Positions 28,323 to 37,641 of a stretch of DNA of 64,000 nt are shown here, in pieces. The stretch comes from an uncultured Bacilli bacterium. GTDB taxonomy: Bacteria; Bacillota_I; Bacilli_A; RF39; UBA660. The stretch's first letter is position 1. Each line of letters opens with the position of its first letter. Below the pieces are notes generated by a model. The model searched no databases and was not told where the DNA came from. It saw nothing but the letters and a program-made list of their open reading frames with translations. Made by a program: the position numbers and the translations under genes. The stretch lies in assembly GCA_947623685.1 (NCBI GenBank), contig CANQHF010000004.1, forward strand, positions 3,459-67,458, in the 5' to 3' direction.

Positions 28323-29669
28323 ATGGAAAATAAAAAAATTATTTTAGATAAAACCCAAATTAAAATAGTAAAATCAAAAAGAAAAAGAATCCTTGTTTTA
28401 GCAGGAGCAGGAAGTGGTAAAACAACTACCATAGTTGCCAAAATAAAATATTTAATAAACACTCTTAAAGTCAATCCTAAAGACATCTTGTGTTTATCAT
28501 TTACTAATGATGCGGTAAATAGTTTAAAAAATAGTTTGAATAAAAAAGATATTGACGTTATGACTTTTCATAAGCTTGCGTTAAAGATCATCGGAAGAAA
28601 AAAAGAAATATTAACCGAAGATATGTTAAAAGATATTGTGATTAATACTTTTTCTTGCGACAGTTTATATGGAATATATCAAATGTCAAAAGATGATATG
28701 TATAATTTAGTTACAACTTTCATTAATTTATTTAAATCAAATGGTTATGAATTAGATTACTTTTATAAAATTATTAATAAAGCACCATTTAAAGAAAAAT
28801 TATTATTAAAACAAATAATGAAGTGTTATATATGTTATGAAGCCTATTTAAATAAAGAAAACGTAATGGATTTTAATGATATGATTAATGAAGCCATAAA
28901 AATGCTAGATTATAAAACAATAAATTACAAATACATAATAATAGATGAATATCAAGATATTTCTTTAACTAAATTTAAATTAATTAAGAAAATAATTAAG
29001 TTAAATAGTTGTTTTTTATTTGCTGTTGGTGATGATTTTCAGTCAATATATGGTTTTACTGGCTCTAATTTAAAAGTTATCGTGGACTTTAAAAGGTATT
29101 TTCCAATATCTAAAATATTTAAACTAAAAAAAACATATAGAAATTCTGATGAACTAATCAAAATTGCTGGTAAGTTCATTATGAAAAATCCATATCAGAT
29201 AAAAAAACGAATGCATTCTATAATTAACGTAAAAAATCCAGTTGAGATTGTGTATTATGATGATTTAAATAAGAAAATAAATGAAGTTATTAAAATGGAT
29301 AAAGTAAATAATTTATTTGTTTTATCAAGAAATAATTCTGATTTAAATCTTGTTAACATAAAGAAAGTAAAGTATAGAAAATTAACGGTCCACAAGGCAA
29401 AAGGTCTTGAATCTGATTATGTGTTCGTAATAAATTTAAATAATAATAAAAATGGTTTTCCAAATAAAATAAAGGATCACGAAATATTAAGATACGTTAA
29501 TAATTATAAAGAATGTTATTTATATGAAGAAGAAAGAAGACTTTTTTATGTTGCTTTAACAAGATGTATTAAAAAAGTTTATTTATTTGCGCCTACTAAT
29601 AATCCTTCTTTATTTGTAGAAGAGATAAAAAAATATAAAAACGTTATTATAAGACGTGATAAAAAATAA
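28323..29669 (+). CDS. minimal UvrD/HelD-like superfamily-1 helicase
   Basis: AGAGSGKTTT Walker A, IIIDEYQD, VHKAKGLE, FYVALTR motifs; only 448 aa, with no N-terminal accessory domain. Confidence 0.75.
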   Translation: MENKKIILDKTQIKIVKSKRKRILVLAGAGSGKTTTIVAKIKYLINTLKVNPKDILCLSFTNDAVNSLKNSLNKKDIDVMTFHKLALKIIGRKKEILTEDMLKDIVINTFSCDSLYGIYQMSKDDMYNLVTTFINLFKSNGYELDYFYKIINKAPFKEKLLLKQIMKCYICYEAYLNKENVMDFNDMINEAIKMLDYKTINYKYIIIDEYQDISLTKFKLIKKIIKLNSCFLFAVGDDFQSIYGFTGSNLKVIVDFKRYFPISKIFKLKKTYRNSDELIKIAGKFIMKNPYQIKKRMHSIINVKNPVEIVYYDDLNKKINEVIKMDKVNNLFVLSRNNSDLNLVNIKKVKYRKLTVHKAKGLESDYVFVINLNNNKNGFPNKIKDHEILRYVNNYKECYLYEEERRLFYVALTRCIKKVYLFAPTNNPSLFVEEIKKYKNVIIRRDKK

Positions 29670-29693
29670 AAAAACGGATTATTAAAACCCGTT

Positions 29694-31790
29694 TTAAAAA
29701 ATCCTAAAAATTAAATTCACAATAAAGCAAAGAAATAAGCCTATAAAGGTTGGCAATATAAATGAAATTATCGTCCATAGCTTGCTATTTGTTTCTTTTT
29801 TAATTGTTAAAATAGTTGTGCTACATGGAAAATGAAATAGAGTAAATAAAATGGTACATATTGCTGTTTTAATTGTCCAACCGTGAGCTACTAAAAGCTG
29901 CTTTAACTCAATTAAACTACTATAATCAGTAAGCGTAGTATTACCCATATAACTCATTATAATTATAGGGATAACTATTTCATTAGCGGGAAATCCTAAA
30001 ATAAAAGCCATTAATATTGTTCCATCTAATCCAAATAATTTGGCGAAAGGATCTAAACTTGTAACTAAGTGATTTAGTATGCTAACGTTATTTATTGATA
30101 CGTTAGATAATACCCATATTATAACTCCAGCTGGGGCAGCAACGCTTACTGCTCTTCCTAACACAAAAATAGTTCTATCTAAAATGGACCTTACTAATAC
30201 TTTTTTTATTTGTGGTTTTCTATATGGTGGCATTTCTAAAACGAAGGAAGATGGCATTCCTTTTAGAATGGATATGGAAAGTATTTTTGAAGTGATAAGT
30301 GTTACTATAACCGCTAAAACAAGGGTTAGGGTTAATAATATGCTGGATTTTAAACTTCCAAACGCACCGGTTATAAAAAACATTGTTATTATTGCAATTA
30401 GGCTTGGAAATCTTCCGTTACAAGGGACAAGCGCGTTAGTTAGTATGGCAATTAATCTTTCTCTTGGAGAATCTATTATTCTTGCTCCAACTACTCCGCA
30501 AGCGTTACATCCAAGACCCATACACATAGAAAGTGCTTGCTTTCCATGACATTTTGCTTTGTTAAATAATTTATCTAAATTAAAGGCTATTCTAGGCAAG
30601 AAGCCAGAATCTTCTAAAAGGGTAAATAAAGGAAAAAATATTGCCATTGGTGGTAGCATTACTGATATTACCCATGAAAGGGTTTTTAAAACTCCGTTTA
30701 TTAATAAATCATAAATTGTTTTTGGAACATTTATTTTTATTAAGAAATTACCAATTATATCGTTTATTTTAAATAATAATTTTGAAAGTAATAAAGATGG
30801 GTAGTTAGAACCTGATATTGTAAGCCAAAGTATTATTCCTAAAAATAGTATCATAATTGGTATTCCAAATTTTTTGGACGTTAATATATAATCAATTTTT
30901 GATGGTTTGTTTTCGTTCATGTTTGTTACTTCTTCATATAGTTTATGGTTACTTTTAATTATGTTTGAGATTATGGTGTTTTGATAGTCAGTTATGCCAT
31001 TTTCTTTTAGATAGTTTTGGCAATTATCAATTACTTCATTTACGTATTTTTCATCTTCTTCATTTATTTTTAGAAAAGAAAATATTTGTTTATTAAACAA
31101 CTTGTTTTTCTCTAATAGTTTTATTGATAAAAAACGGGTTGAATTATTAGTGTATTTTTTCAAAGTGATTTGCATTTTTTTAATAACGTCCTCAATTTTA
31201 TCATCATATGTTATTACCTTTTTATTTTCTGTTTTTTTTATGCATTGTTTTTCTATTTCTTTTTTTAAATTAGAAAGACTTTTTTTATCATTAGCACATG
31301 TTTCTACTACTGGTATTCCTAATTTCTCTTGTAATTTTTTGGTATTTATTTTAATGTTTTTTTTCTTTGCTTCATCAATTAAGTTTAAACAAATTATAAT
31401 GTTATCTTTTGTTTCAATTATTTGACTTGCAAGGTTTAAGTTTCTTTCTAACATGGTTGAGTCCAGCACCACAACCGTTAAATCATGGTCTTCAAAGCAT
31501 ATAAAATCTTTGGAAACTTCTTCTTCTTTAGAAGATGAAAAAAGAGAATATGTACCGGGAAGGTCAATTAAAGTATATGTTTTATCATTATAAGTATAAT
31601 TTCCTTTAGCTAACTCAACCGTTTTACCTGGCCAGTTTCCCGTGTGCTGATTAAGTCCGGTAAGCGCGTTAAAAATAGATGATTTACCAACGTTTGGATT
31701 ACCAATCAAAGCAATTTTTATTTCGTTTTTGCTAAAATCTTTTTGCTTTTTAAGAAGTTTGTTTCCAACACTAGCATTAGTTAAGCCCAT
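29694..31790 (-). CDS. feoB: ferrous iron transporter B
   Basis: GNPNVGKSS G-domain followed by a polytopic membrane domain; 698 aa. Confidence 0.9.
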   Translation of the reverse strand: MGLTNASVGNKLLKKQKDFSKNEIKIALIGNPNVGKSSIFNALTGLNQHTGNWPGKTVELAKGNYTYNDKTYTLIDLPGTYSLFSSSKEEEVSKDFICFEDHDLTVVVLDSTMLERNLNLASQIIETKDNIIICLNLIDEAKKKNIKINTKKLQEKLGIPVVETCANDKKSLSNLKKEIEKQCIKKTENKKVITYDDKIEDVIKKMQITLKKYTNNSTRFLSIKLLEKNKLFNKQIFSFLKINEEDEKYVNEVIDNCQNYLKENGITDYQNTIISNIIKSNHKLYEEVTNMNENKPSKIDYILTSKKFGIPIMILFLGIILWLTISGSNYPSLLLSKLLFKINDIIGNFLIKINVPKTIYDLLINGVLKTLSWVISVMLPPMAIFFPLFTLLEDSGFLPRIAFNLDKLFNKAKCHGKQALSMCMGLGCNACGVVGARIIDSPRERLIAILTNALVPCNGRFPSLIAIITMFFITGAFGSLKSSILLTLTLVLAVIVTLITSKILSISILKGMPSSFVLEMPPYRKPQIKKVLVRSILDRTIFVLGRAVSVAAPAGVIIWVLSNVSINNVSILNHLVTSLDPFAKLFGLDGTILMAFILGFPANEIVIPIIIMSYMGNTTLTDYSSLIELKQLLVAHGWTIKTAICTILFTLFHFPCSTTILTIKKETNSKLWTIISFILPTFIGLFLCFIVNLIFRIF

Positions 31791-31804
31791 ATATAAAACT
31801 CCTT

Positions 31805-32059
31805 TTATTCATTTTTATCACGTTCATATTTAATTTCAATGTCTTTAGCATCACATTTTCTTATAGCAATCGTACTTCCTCTTACGTTATACGCCGTAGG
31901 ATCTCCTAAAGGACTTTTATATACAGGTTTAATAAACGTCCCTTTTATCATTCCCAAATCAAGTAACCGTCTTTTTATTTCATCTTTTGAATTTAATTTT
32001 TTGATTATACCAATTTCATTAATCGGTAATTCATCAAGGGTTAGCTTCAAATGCATCAC
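31805..32059 (-). CDS. feoA: FeoA-family protein
   Basis: SH3-like LLDLGMIKGTFIKPV..SPLGDP motif; immediately upstream of feoB. Confidence 0.8.
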   Translation of the reverse strand: MMHLKLTLDELPINEIGIIKKLNSKDEIKRRLLDLGMIKGTFIKPVYKSPLGDPTAYNVRGSTIAIRKCDAKDIEIKYERDKNE

Positions 32060-32198
32060 TTTCTTTCTATTTATAATTTCTATAGTAGTTTATGAAAAAC
32101 ATGGTTTTATGTCCCTGTTAAAATAAAAAATAGTATTTGTCGCACGAAATTACTAATAAAGTAAAATCTTGGCTAGTAACATTTATTAAGGAGGAATC

Positions 32199-34811
32199 AT
32201 GAATAAATATAATATTAATGGATTAACTGATAAACAGGTATTAGAAAAAAGAAAAAAATATGGTACTAATGAAATAAAAAAAGGTAAAACAAATAGTTTT
32301 ATGTCATTATTAATAGAATCTTTAGCGGATCCAATAATTAAAATATTATTAATAGCCCTTGCAATAAAAATAGTTTTTTTATTCAGAGATTTCGACTGGT
32401 ATGAAACTTTGGGCATACTTATTGCTATTTTTTTAGCGTCTTTTATATCTACAATTTCAGAATACGGAAGTGAAAAAGCCTTTAATAGGCTTCAAGAAGA
32501 ATCATCAAAATTAAAATGTAATGTAAAAAGAAATAACAAAATTACCCAAATTAACACTTCGATGGTGGTAAAAGATGATATTGTTTTATTGCAACAAGGA
32601 GATAAAGTTCCCGCTGATGGGATAATAATCCAAGGGAAGGTAAGTGTTGATGAATCTTCGTTAAACGGTGAATCAAAAGAAGTTTATAAAGAAATGCAAA
32701 CTGGCGAAAAAACAACTTCTAAAAATAGATTATATAAAGGTACGGTAATATATTCTGGCGTTGCAACGATGCTGGTAACAGAAGTTGGCGAAAATACGTT
32801 TTATGGAAAAATAGCAAGTGAATTAACCATTAAAACTGGTGAAAGTCCTCTTAAAATAAGACTTAGAAGTCTTGCTAAAATAATTAGTACGTTTGGATAT
32901 ATTGGAGCCGTTTTAGCATCGGTGTCATATCTTTTTTCGGTTATTGTGGTCGATAATAATTTTGTTTTAAGTAAGATACTAACGGTAATTACAACGCCTA
33001 GCGTAATTATTAATCATATTATATATGCTCTTACTTTAGCGGTTACTATAATAATAGTATCCGTTCCTGAAGGTTTACCGATGATGATAACGCTTGTTTT
33101 ATCATCAAATATGAAAAGAATGCTTAAAAATAACGTGTTGGTAAGAAAAATGGTAGGAATTGAAACGGCCGGAAGTCTTAATATTTTATTTAGTGATAAA
33201 ACTGGTACCATTACCACTGGTAAGTTAAGTGTCGAAAAAATAATTGATGGTAATTTAAATGAATATCAAAGCGAGTCTCACTTAAAATCTAATGATTATC
33301 AAAAAATTCTAAAAACATCAATGACGGTTAATAATATGTCTTTATATGATGGCAAGAAAATCATTGGGGGTAATACAACGGATAGGTGTTTATTATCTTT
33401 TTATAAACCTTTTTTAATTGATAAGGTAAAAAAAATAAAACAAATTCCTTTTGATAGTAAAAATAAGTATATGATAACCGTAATTGATGATAAAAAAATA
33501 AAAAATCTAATTAAAGGAGCTCCAGAATTATTACTTGATGGGTGTAGATATTATTATGATGAACATGGAAAAAAATCTCCTTTTTTAAATAAGAAGTTGA
33601 TCCAGCAAAAAATAAAAGCAGCAACAGACGATGCTGCTAGGGTGATTCTTTTTGCAACAAGTGATAATGAAGTTGAGACCTTATTTAAAAACTTAACTTT
33701 TGTTGGTATTGCGTTAATAAAAGACCCAGTAAGAAAAGAAGCTAAAGAAGGAATTAATTTAGTTAATAGAGCTGGTGTTAAAACCGTTATGATAACGGGT
33801 GATAATAAGCAAACCGCAGTAAGAGTCGCTAAAGAAGTAGGATTGGTAAATAGTGATTCTGACGTTGTTATTACATCTAATGAACTTAATTCTATGAGTG
33901 ATTTAGAACTAAAAAAAATAATTCCTAATTTAAAAGTTGTTGCAAGAAGCTTACCGCAAGATAAAAGTAGGTTAGTTAGAATATCCGAAGAAATGAACCT
34001 TGTGGTTGGAATGACTGGTGATGGTGTAAATGATGCCCCGGCATTAAAAAAAGCAGACGTTGGTTTTTCAATGGGTTCTGGAAGTGAAGTAGCTAAAGAA
34101 GCATCAGATATCGTTATATTAGATAATAATTTTTTATCTATTAGCAAAGCAATATTATTTGGAAGAACAATTTTTAAAAGCATTAGGAAGTTTATTATCT
34201 TTCAGCTAACGGTTAATTTATGTGCTTTATCTATATCTATTATAGGACCTTTTATAGGAGTTGATACTCCAGTTACGGTAATTCAAATGCTATGGATAAA
34301 CATGGTTATGGACACACTAGCGGGTCTTGCGTTTTCATTTGAACCACCACTTTTAGAATATATGGATGAGTCTCCAAAGAAAAAGGAAGAAAACATAATT
34401 AATTCATACATGGCGGGTGAAATATTAATAACTGGTTTATATACGACTATTTTGTGTATTTTGTTTTTGAAATTACCATTTATAAAGAATCTATTTAATA
34501 ATACTTCATCTTTTATGACAGCTTTTTTTGGATTATTTATTTTTAGTGGTATTTTTAACTGTTTTAACGCTCACACTAGTAGAATAAACATATTAGCCAA
34601 TCTCTTAAAAAATAAGATGTTTATCATTGTAATATCTTTTATTATAATAGTTCAAGTTATTTTAATGTATTATGGTGGTGATATGTTTAGGACTGTACCT
34701 TTAAGTTTATTTGAGTTTATGATTACTCTTTTACTATCATTTACCGTTGTTCCAGTTGACGTATTAAGAAAGATAATATGTAAAAAATATGGTAAGAAAA
34801 AGGGAGTGTAA
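32199..34811 (+). CDS. P-type ATPase, calcium-translocating (PMCA/YloB-like)
   Basis: DKTGTITTG phosphorylation site, MITGDN, GDGVNDAPALKKADVG, 10-TM layout. Confidence 0.88.
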   Translation: MNKYNINGLTDKQVLEKRKKYGTNEIKKGKTNSFMSLLIESLADPIIKILLIALAIKIVFLFRDFDWYETLGILIAIFLASFISTISEYGSEKAFNRLQEESSKLKCNVKRNNKITQINTSMVVKDDIVLLQQGDKVPADGIIIQGKVSVDESSLNGESKEVYKEMQTGEKTTSKNRLYKGTVIYSGVATMLVTEVGENTFYGKIASELTIKTGESPLKIRLRSLAKIISTFGYIGAVLASVSYLFSVIVVDNNFVLSKILTVITTPSVIINHIIYALTLAVTIIIVSVPEGLPMMITLVLSSNMKRMLKNNVLVRKMVGIETAGSLNILFSDKTGTITTGKLSVEKIIDGNLNEYQSESHLKSNDYQKILKTSMTVNNMSLYDGKKIIGGNTTDRCLLSFYKPFLIDKVKKIKQIPFDSKNKYMITVIDDKKIKNLIKGAPELLLDGCRYYYDEHGKKSPFLNKKLIQQKIKAATDDAARVILFATSDNEVETLFKNLTFVGIALIKDPVRKEAKEGINLVNRAGVKTVMITGDNKQTAVRVAKEVGLVNSDSDVVITSNELNSMSDLELKKIIPNLKVVARSLPQDKSRLVRISEEMNLVVGMTGDGVNDAPALKKADVGFSMGSGSEVAKEASDIVILDNNFLSISKAILFGRTIFKSIRKFIIFQLTVNLCALSISIIGPFIGVDTPVTVIQMLWINMVMDTLAGLAFSFEPPLLEYMDESPKKKEENIINSYMAGEILITGLYTTILCILFLKLPFIKNLFNNTSSFMTAFFGLFIFSGIFNCFNAHTSRINILANLLKNKMFIIVISFIIIVQVILMYYGGDMFRTVPLSLFEFMITLLLSFTVVPVDVLRKIICKKYGKKKGV

Positions 34812-34863
34812 CTTTGACTAATATCACAAAAAATGATAGTATAAGGTCAAGAAGGTGATTATT

Positions 34864-35736
34864 ATGGATAAATACAATGATTTATTACATTCTCTTAGTG
34901 ATAAAGAAGCAAGAAATTTTATATCTTTAATGTTTGATGGTTATCAAAAAAGAAAAGATGAAAATAGACTTTATAATTATGAAGGTGTGCCAGAGATTAT
35001 AATAAAAACATATTATTCATATGTTATAAGAGCTTCTTTTCCAGATATAGTTGAAAATTTCAAAAAAAGATATATATATCATGAAAATAAAGTTGAAGAT
35101 GTAAAAAGTATAGAAGAAAAAAAAGGACTTACTGCAGCTTATAATTATATTGTTAGAAAAAATGATTTAGAAGATATAAGCATATATGATTTATCATATC
35201 TACATGAAGAGTTATATTCTAAAACACCACATCCTGAATTTGGAGGACAATATAGAAATCATGATGGATATATATTAGGTTCATCCGTTGAAATAACACC
35301 ATATTATAATATAGTTCACGAGATGAATTTGTTGAAGCCTGTTGTGGCAGATTTAGTAAAAGAAGGAAATAATATAAGGGAAAATGCAGATGTAGATTCC
35401 TTGATTCAATACATTGATAAATGTATTGAACTTAATTGTAAGATAATTAAGATACATCCGTTTAGGGATGGAAACGGAAGAGCTTGCAGAGCGTTTTTGA
35501 ATTTATTATTTAAGATAGTTAATATACCACCTACTTATATAGAAAATAAAGAAAAAGAAAAGTATAAGTTAGAATTAAGTAAGGCTATAGTCAATCAAAA
35601 TTATGCACCTATAAAAGAGTTTTATCATTATAAAATATGTGATTCTATTGTTGCGTTAGACGTAGCTATTAAAAATTCAAAGTTCTCTGATAAGGATCAA
35701 GCTGAGTTTAACTTGGAAGGGAATGAAAAGAAGTAA
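34864..35736 (+). CDS. Fic-domain protein (AMPylase family)
   Basis: HPFRDGNGRACR matches the Fic motif HxFx(D/E)GNGRxxR; ATG 34864 follows AAGGTG; no [ST]xxxE[GN] inhibitory motif seen. Confidence 0.8.
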   Translation: MDKYNDLLHSLSDKEARNFISLMFDGYQKRKDENRLYNYEGVPEIIIKTYYSYVIRASFPDIVENFKKRYIYHENKVEDVKSIEEKKGLTAAYNYIVRKNDLEDISIYDLSYLHEELYSKTPHPEFGGQYRNHDGYILGSSVEITPYYNIVHEMNLLKPVVADLVKEGNNIRENADVDSLIQYIDKCIELNCKIIKIHPFRDGNGRACRAFLNLLFKIVNIPPTYIENKEKEKYKLELSKAIVNQNYAPIKEFYHYKICDSIVALDVAIKNSKFSDKDQAEFNLEGNEKK

Positions 35737-36323
35737 TGAAATTATTATTACATACTTGCTGTGCACCTTGTAGTGTGTACTGCGTGGATGAATTAAAAAA
35801 AGAAAACATAGATATTACAAGTTATTGGTATAATCCAAATATCCATCCATATAAAGAGTATGAAGCAAGGTTAGAGTGTTTAAAAAAATATGATGAAGAA
35901 ATAGGAATTCCATTAGTTATTGATGATTATTATGGATTAAAAGATTTTTGTAAAAACGTTGTGGATAAACTAGATAATAGATGTGGTTATTGCTATTTGT
36001 GCAGGCTTGAAAAAGCGGCTTGTTACGCAAAAGAAAATGGATATGATGCTTTTTCAACAACTCTTTTAATAAGTCCATATCAAAATCATGAGTTATTAAA
36101 AAAAACTGGTGAAATGCTTTCAAAAAAATACGGGGTTAAATTTTTATATAGAGATTTTAGACCTGGATTTAGAATAGGTCAAAATAAGGCAAGAGAAATT
36201 GGACTTTATATGCAAAAGTATTGTGGGTGTGTATTTAGTGAAGAAGAAAGATACGAAAAGTTAATAAATAAAAATAAAGAAATAAATCAAAAATTTAATG
36301 AAAAAATATTGATTAGAAATTAA
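35736..36323 (+). CDS. queH: epoxyqueuosine reductase QueH (DUF208)
   Basis: LLHTCCAPCS and CGYCYLCR Cys motifs; ATG overlaps the Fic stop (TAATG). Confidence 0.8.
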   Translation: MKLLLHTCCAPCSVYCVDELKKENIDITSYWYNPNIHPYKEYEARLECLKKYDEEIGIPLVIDDYYGLKDFCKNVVDKLDNRCGYCYLCRLEKAACYAKENGYDAFSTTLLISPYQNHELLKKTGEMLSKKYGVKFLYRDFRPGFRIGQNKAREIGLYMQKYCGCVFSEEERYEKLINKNKEINQKFNEKILIRN

Positions 36324-36337
36324 CATTTTGTTATACT
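36309..36337 (+). promoter_or_regulatory. sigA-type promoter TTGATT-17-TATACT inside the queH 3-prime end
   Basis: -35 at 36309-14, 17-nt spacer, -10 at 36332-37. Confidence 0.5.
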
Positions 36338-36358
36338 TAAATTGTAAGAGGTACTGAT

Positions 36359-36430
36359 ATGATAAATGTTTTAAGCTATAATTGTTTTATGTCTTGTTTA
36401 TCTGGTACTTTTTTATGTTATTTTGTTTAA
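36359..36430 (+). CDS. candidate 23-aa leader peptide/sORF MINVLSYNCFMSCLSGTFLCYFV
   Basis: AAGAGG 7 nt upstream of the ATG; stop abuts the 5-prime arm of the terminator at 36431-36462. Confidence 0.3.
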   Translation: MINVLSYNCFMSCLSGTFLCYFV

Positions 36431-36462
36431 AAAAACTAACATTATTTTTATGTTAGTTTTTT
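36431..36462 (+). terminator. terminator/attenuator 10 nt upstream of the prs RBS
   Basis: AAAACTAACAT-loop-ATGTTAGTTTT hairpin followed by TTGTATTTTT. Confidence 0.65.
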
Positions 36463-36482
36463 GTATTTTTAGGGAGGTATAT

Positions 36483-37589
36483 ATGAGTAGTAAGTATCAA
36501 GATGAATTAGGCCTTATAGTTATGAATAATTGTAAGGAATTCGGAGAAAGCATTGATAGTAATCTAATGGCAAGAAGGAGTAAAAAAGATAGTTTTATTA
36601 TTCCAACTGACGTTGTTAGATTTAGTAATGGTGAAGGGAAAGTCGTTATAAATGATACGGTAAGGGATAAGGACTTATATATTATATCTGATATAGGTAA
36701 TCATAGTGAAACATATAAGATGTATGGTTATTATAACCATAAAAGTCCTGACGATCATTTTCAAGATATTAAACGGGTTATTTCTGCCGTTAGAGGGCAA
36801 GCAGATAGAATAACGGTTGTAATGCCTTTGCTTTATGAATCAAGACAACACAGAAGGAAGGGAAGGGAATCACTTGATTGTGCTCTTGCTCTTCAGGAAT
36901 TGCAAAATTTGGGAGTAAATACAATTGTTACTTTTGATGCACATGATCCTAACATTCAAAATGCGGTTCCAACTAATATGTCGTTTGAAAGTTTTTATCC
37001 AACAAATACAATTTTAGAAGAATTTATTAAAAATGAAGATTTTAATCCAAATGATGTTAAGTTTATAAGCCCGGATGGTGGAGCATTTGATAGAGCAAAA
37101 TTTTATGCAAATATGTTTCAAGCTGACATAGGAATGTTCCATAAAAGAAGAGACTATAGTGTTATAATTGATGGAAAAAGCCCAATAGTTGCTCATAATT
37201 ATTTAGGTAGTGATTTAAATGGAAAAACGGCAATCGTGGTAGATGATATGATTGCATCTGGTGGTTCAATGCTAGACGTTGCTAAAGACTTAAAAGAAAG
37301 AGGCGCTAAAAAAGTATTTTTAATATCTACTTTTTCATTGTTTACTAGTGGTTTAGAAAATTTTAACGATGCGTATAAAAACAGATTATTTGATAGCCTT
37401 TATTCAACGAATTTAACTTATGTGGATTCTAAAATTCTTGATATGCCTTGGTATAAACAAATCGATTGTTCTAATTATGCATCGGATATAATTAACACTT
37501 TAAATACAAGTGGATCTGTTTCAGAACTTAAAAATGGTAAGCAAAAAATCTTAAAAATGCTAGATAAAAAGAAAAAGGAAAGTTTATAA
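36483..37589 (+). CDS. prs: ribose-phosphate pyrophosphokinase family protein (long variant)
   Basis: GGGAGG RBS before ATG 36483; RQHRRKGRES and VVDDMIASGGS PRPP-binding motifs. Confidence 0.8.
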   Translation: MSSKYQDELGLIVMNNCKEFGESIDSNLMARRSKKDSFIIPTDVVRFSNGEGKVVINDTVRDKDLYIISDIGNHSETYKMYGYYNHKSPDDHFQDIKRVISAVRGQADRITVVMPLLYESRQHRRKGRESLDCALALQELQNLGVNTIVTFDAHDPNIQNAVPTNMSFESFYPTNTILEEFIKNEDFNPNDVKFISPDGGAFDRAKFYANMFQADIGMFHKRRDYSVIIDGKSPIVAHNYLGSDLNGKTAIVVDDMIASGGSMLDVAKDLKERGAKKVFLISTFSLFTSGLENFNDAYKNRLFDSLYSTNLTYVDSKILDMPWYKQIDCSNYASDIINTLNTSGSVSELKNGKQKILKMLDKKKKESL

Positions 37590-37641
37590 TTGTTTAAATT
37601 TTCTTTTTTTGTAGTATAATTGTATTTAAGGAGGAAAAATT

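Noticed and set aside
28310-28333. Seven-codon ORF ATG TAT AAA TCT AAT GGA AAA TAA immediately after the GGAGG of cassette copy 1
   Set aside because: The ATG starts immediately after the SD GGAGG (no spacer between SD and ATG), and copy 2 has no counterpart. The helicase ATG at 28323 is the conserved start (ATGGAAAATAAAA in both copies).
30079-31425. Plus-strand ORFs 30079-30549 and 31102-31425 inside feoB
   Set aside because: They are antisense to feoB, with no RBS and hydrophobic mirror-image products.
32060-32198. Fur box in the feoAB / P-type ATPase divergent region
   Set aside because: Only weak AT-rich partial palindromes (for example TGAAAAACATGGTTTTAT). There is no convincing match to the 19-bp Fur consensus by eye.
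33554-34183. 209-aa minus-strand ORF, and 33014-33217(-), inside the P-type ATPase
   Set aside because: They are antisense to a gene with unambiguous P-type ATPase motifs, with a low-complexity Ser/Leu-rich product and no RBS.
36423-36482. TTG 36423 start for prs (20 extra hydrophobic residues)
   Set aside because: The extension runs through the terminator hairpin. GGGAGG lies 5 nt before ATG 36483, which gives a normal Prs N-terminus.
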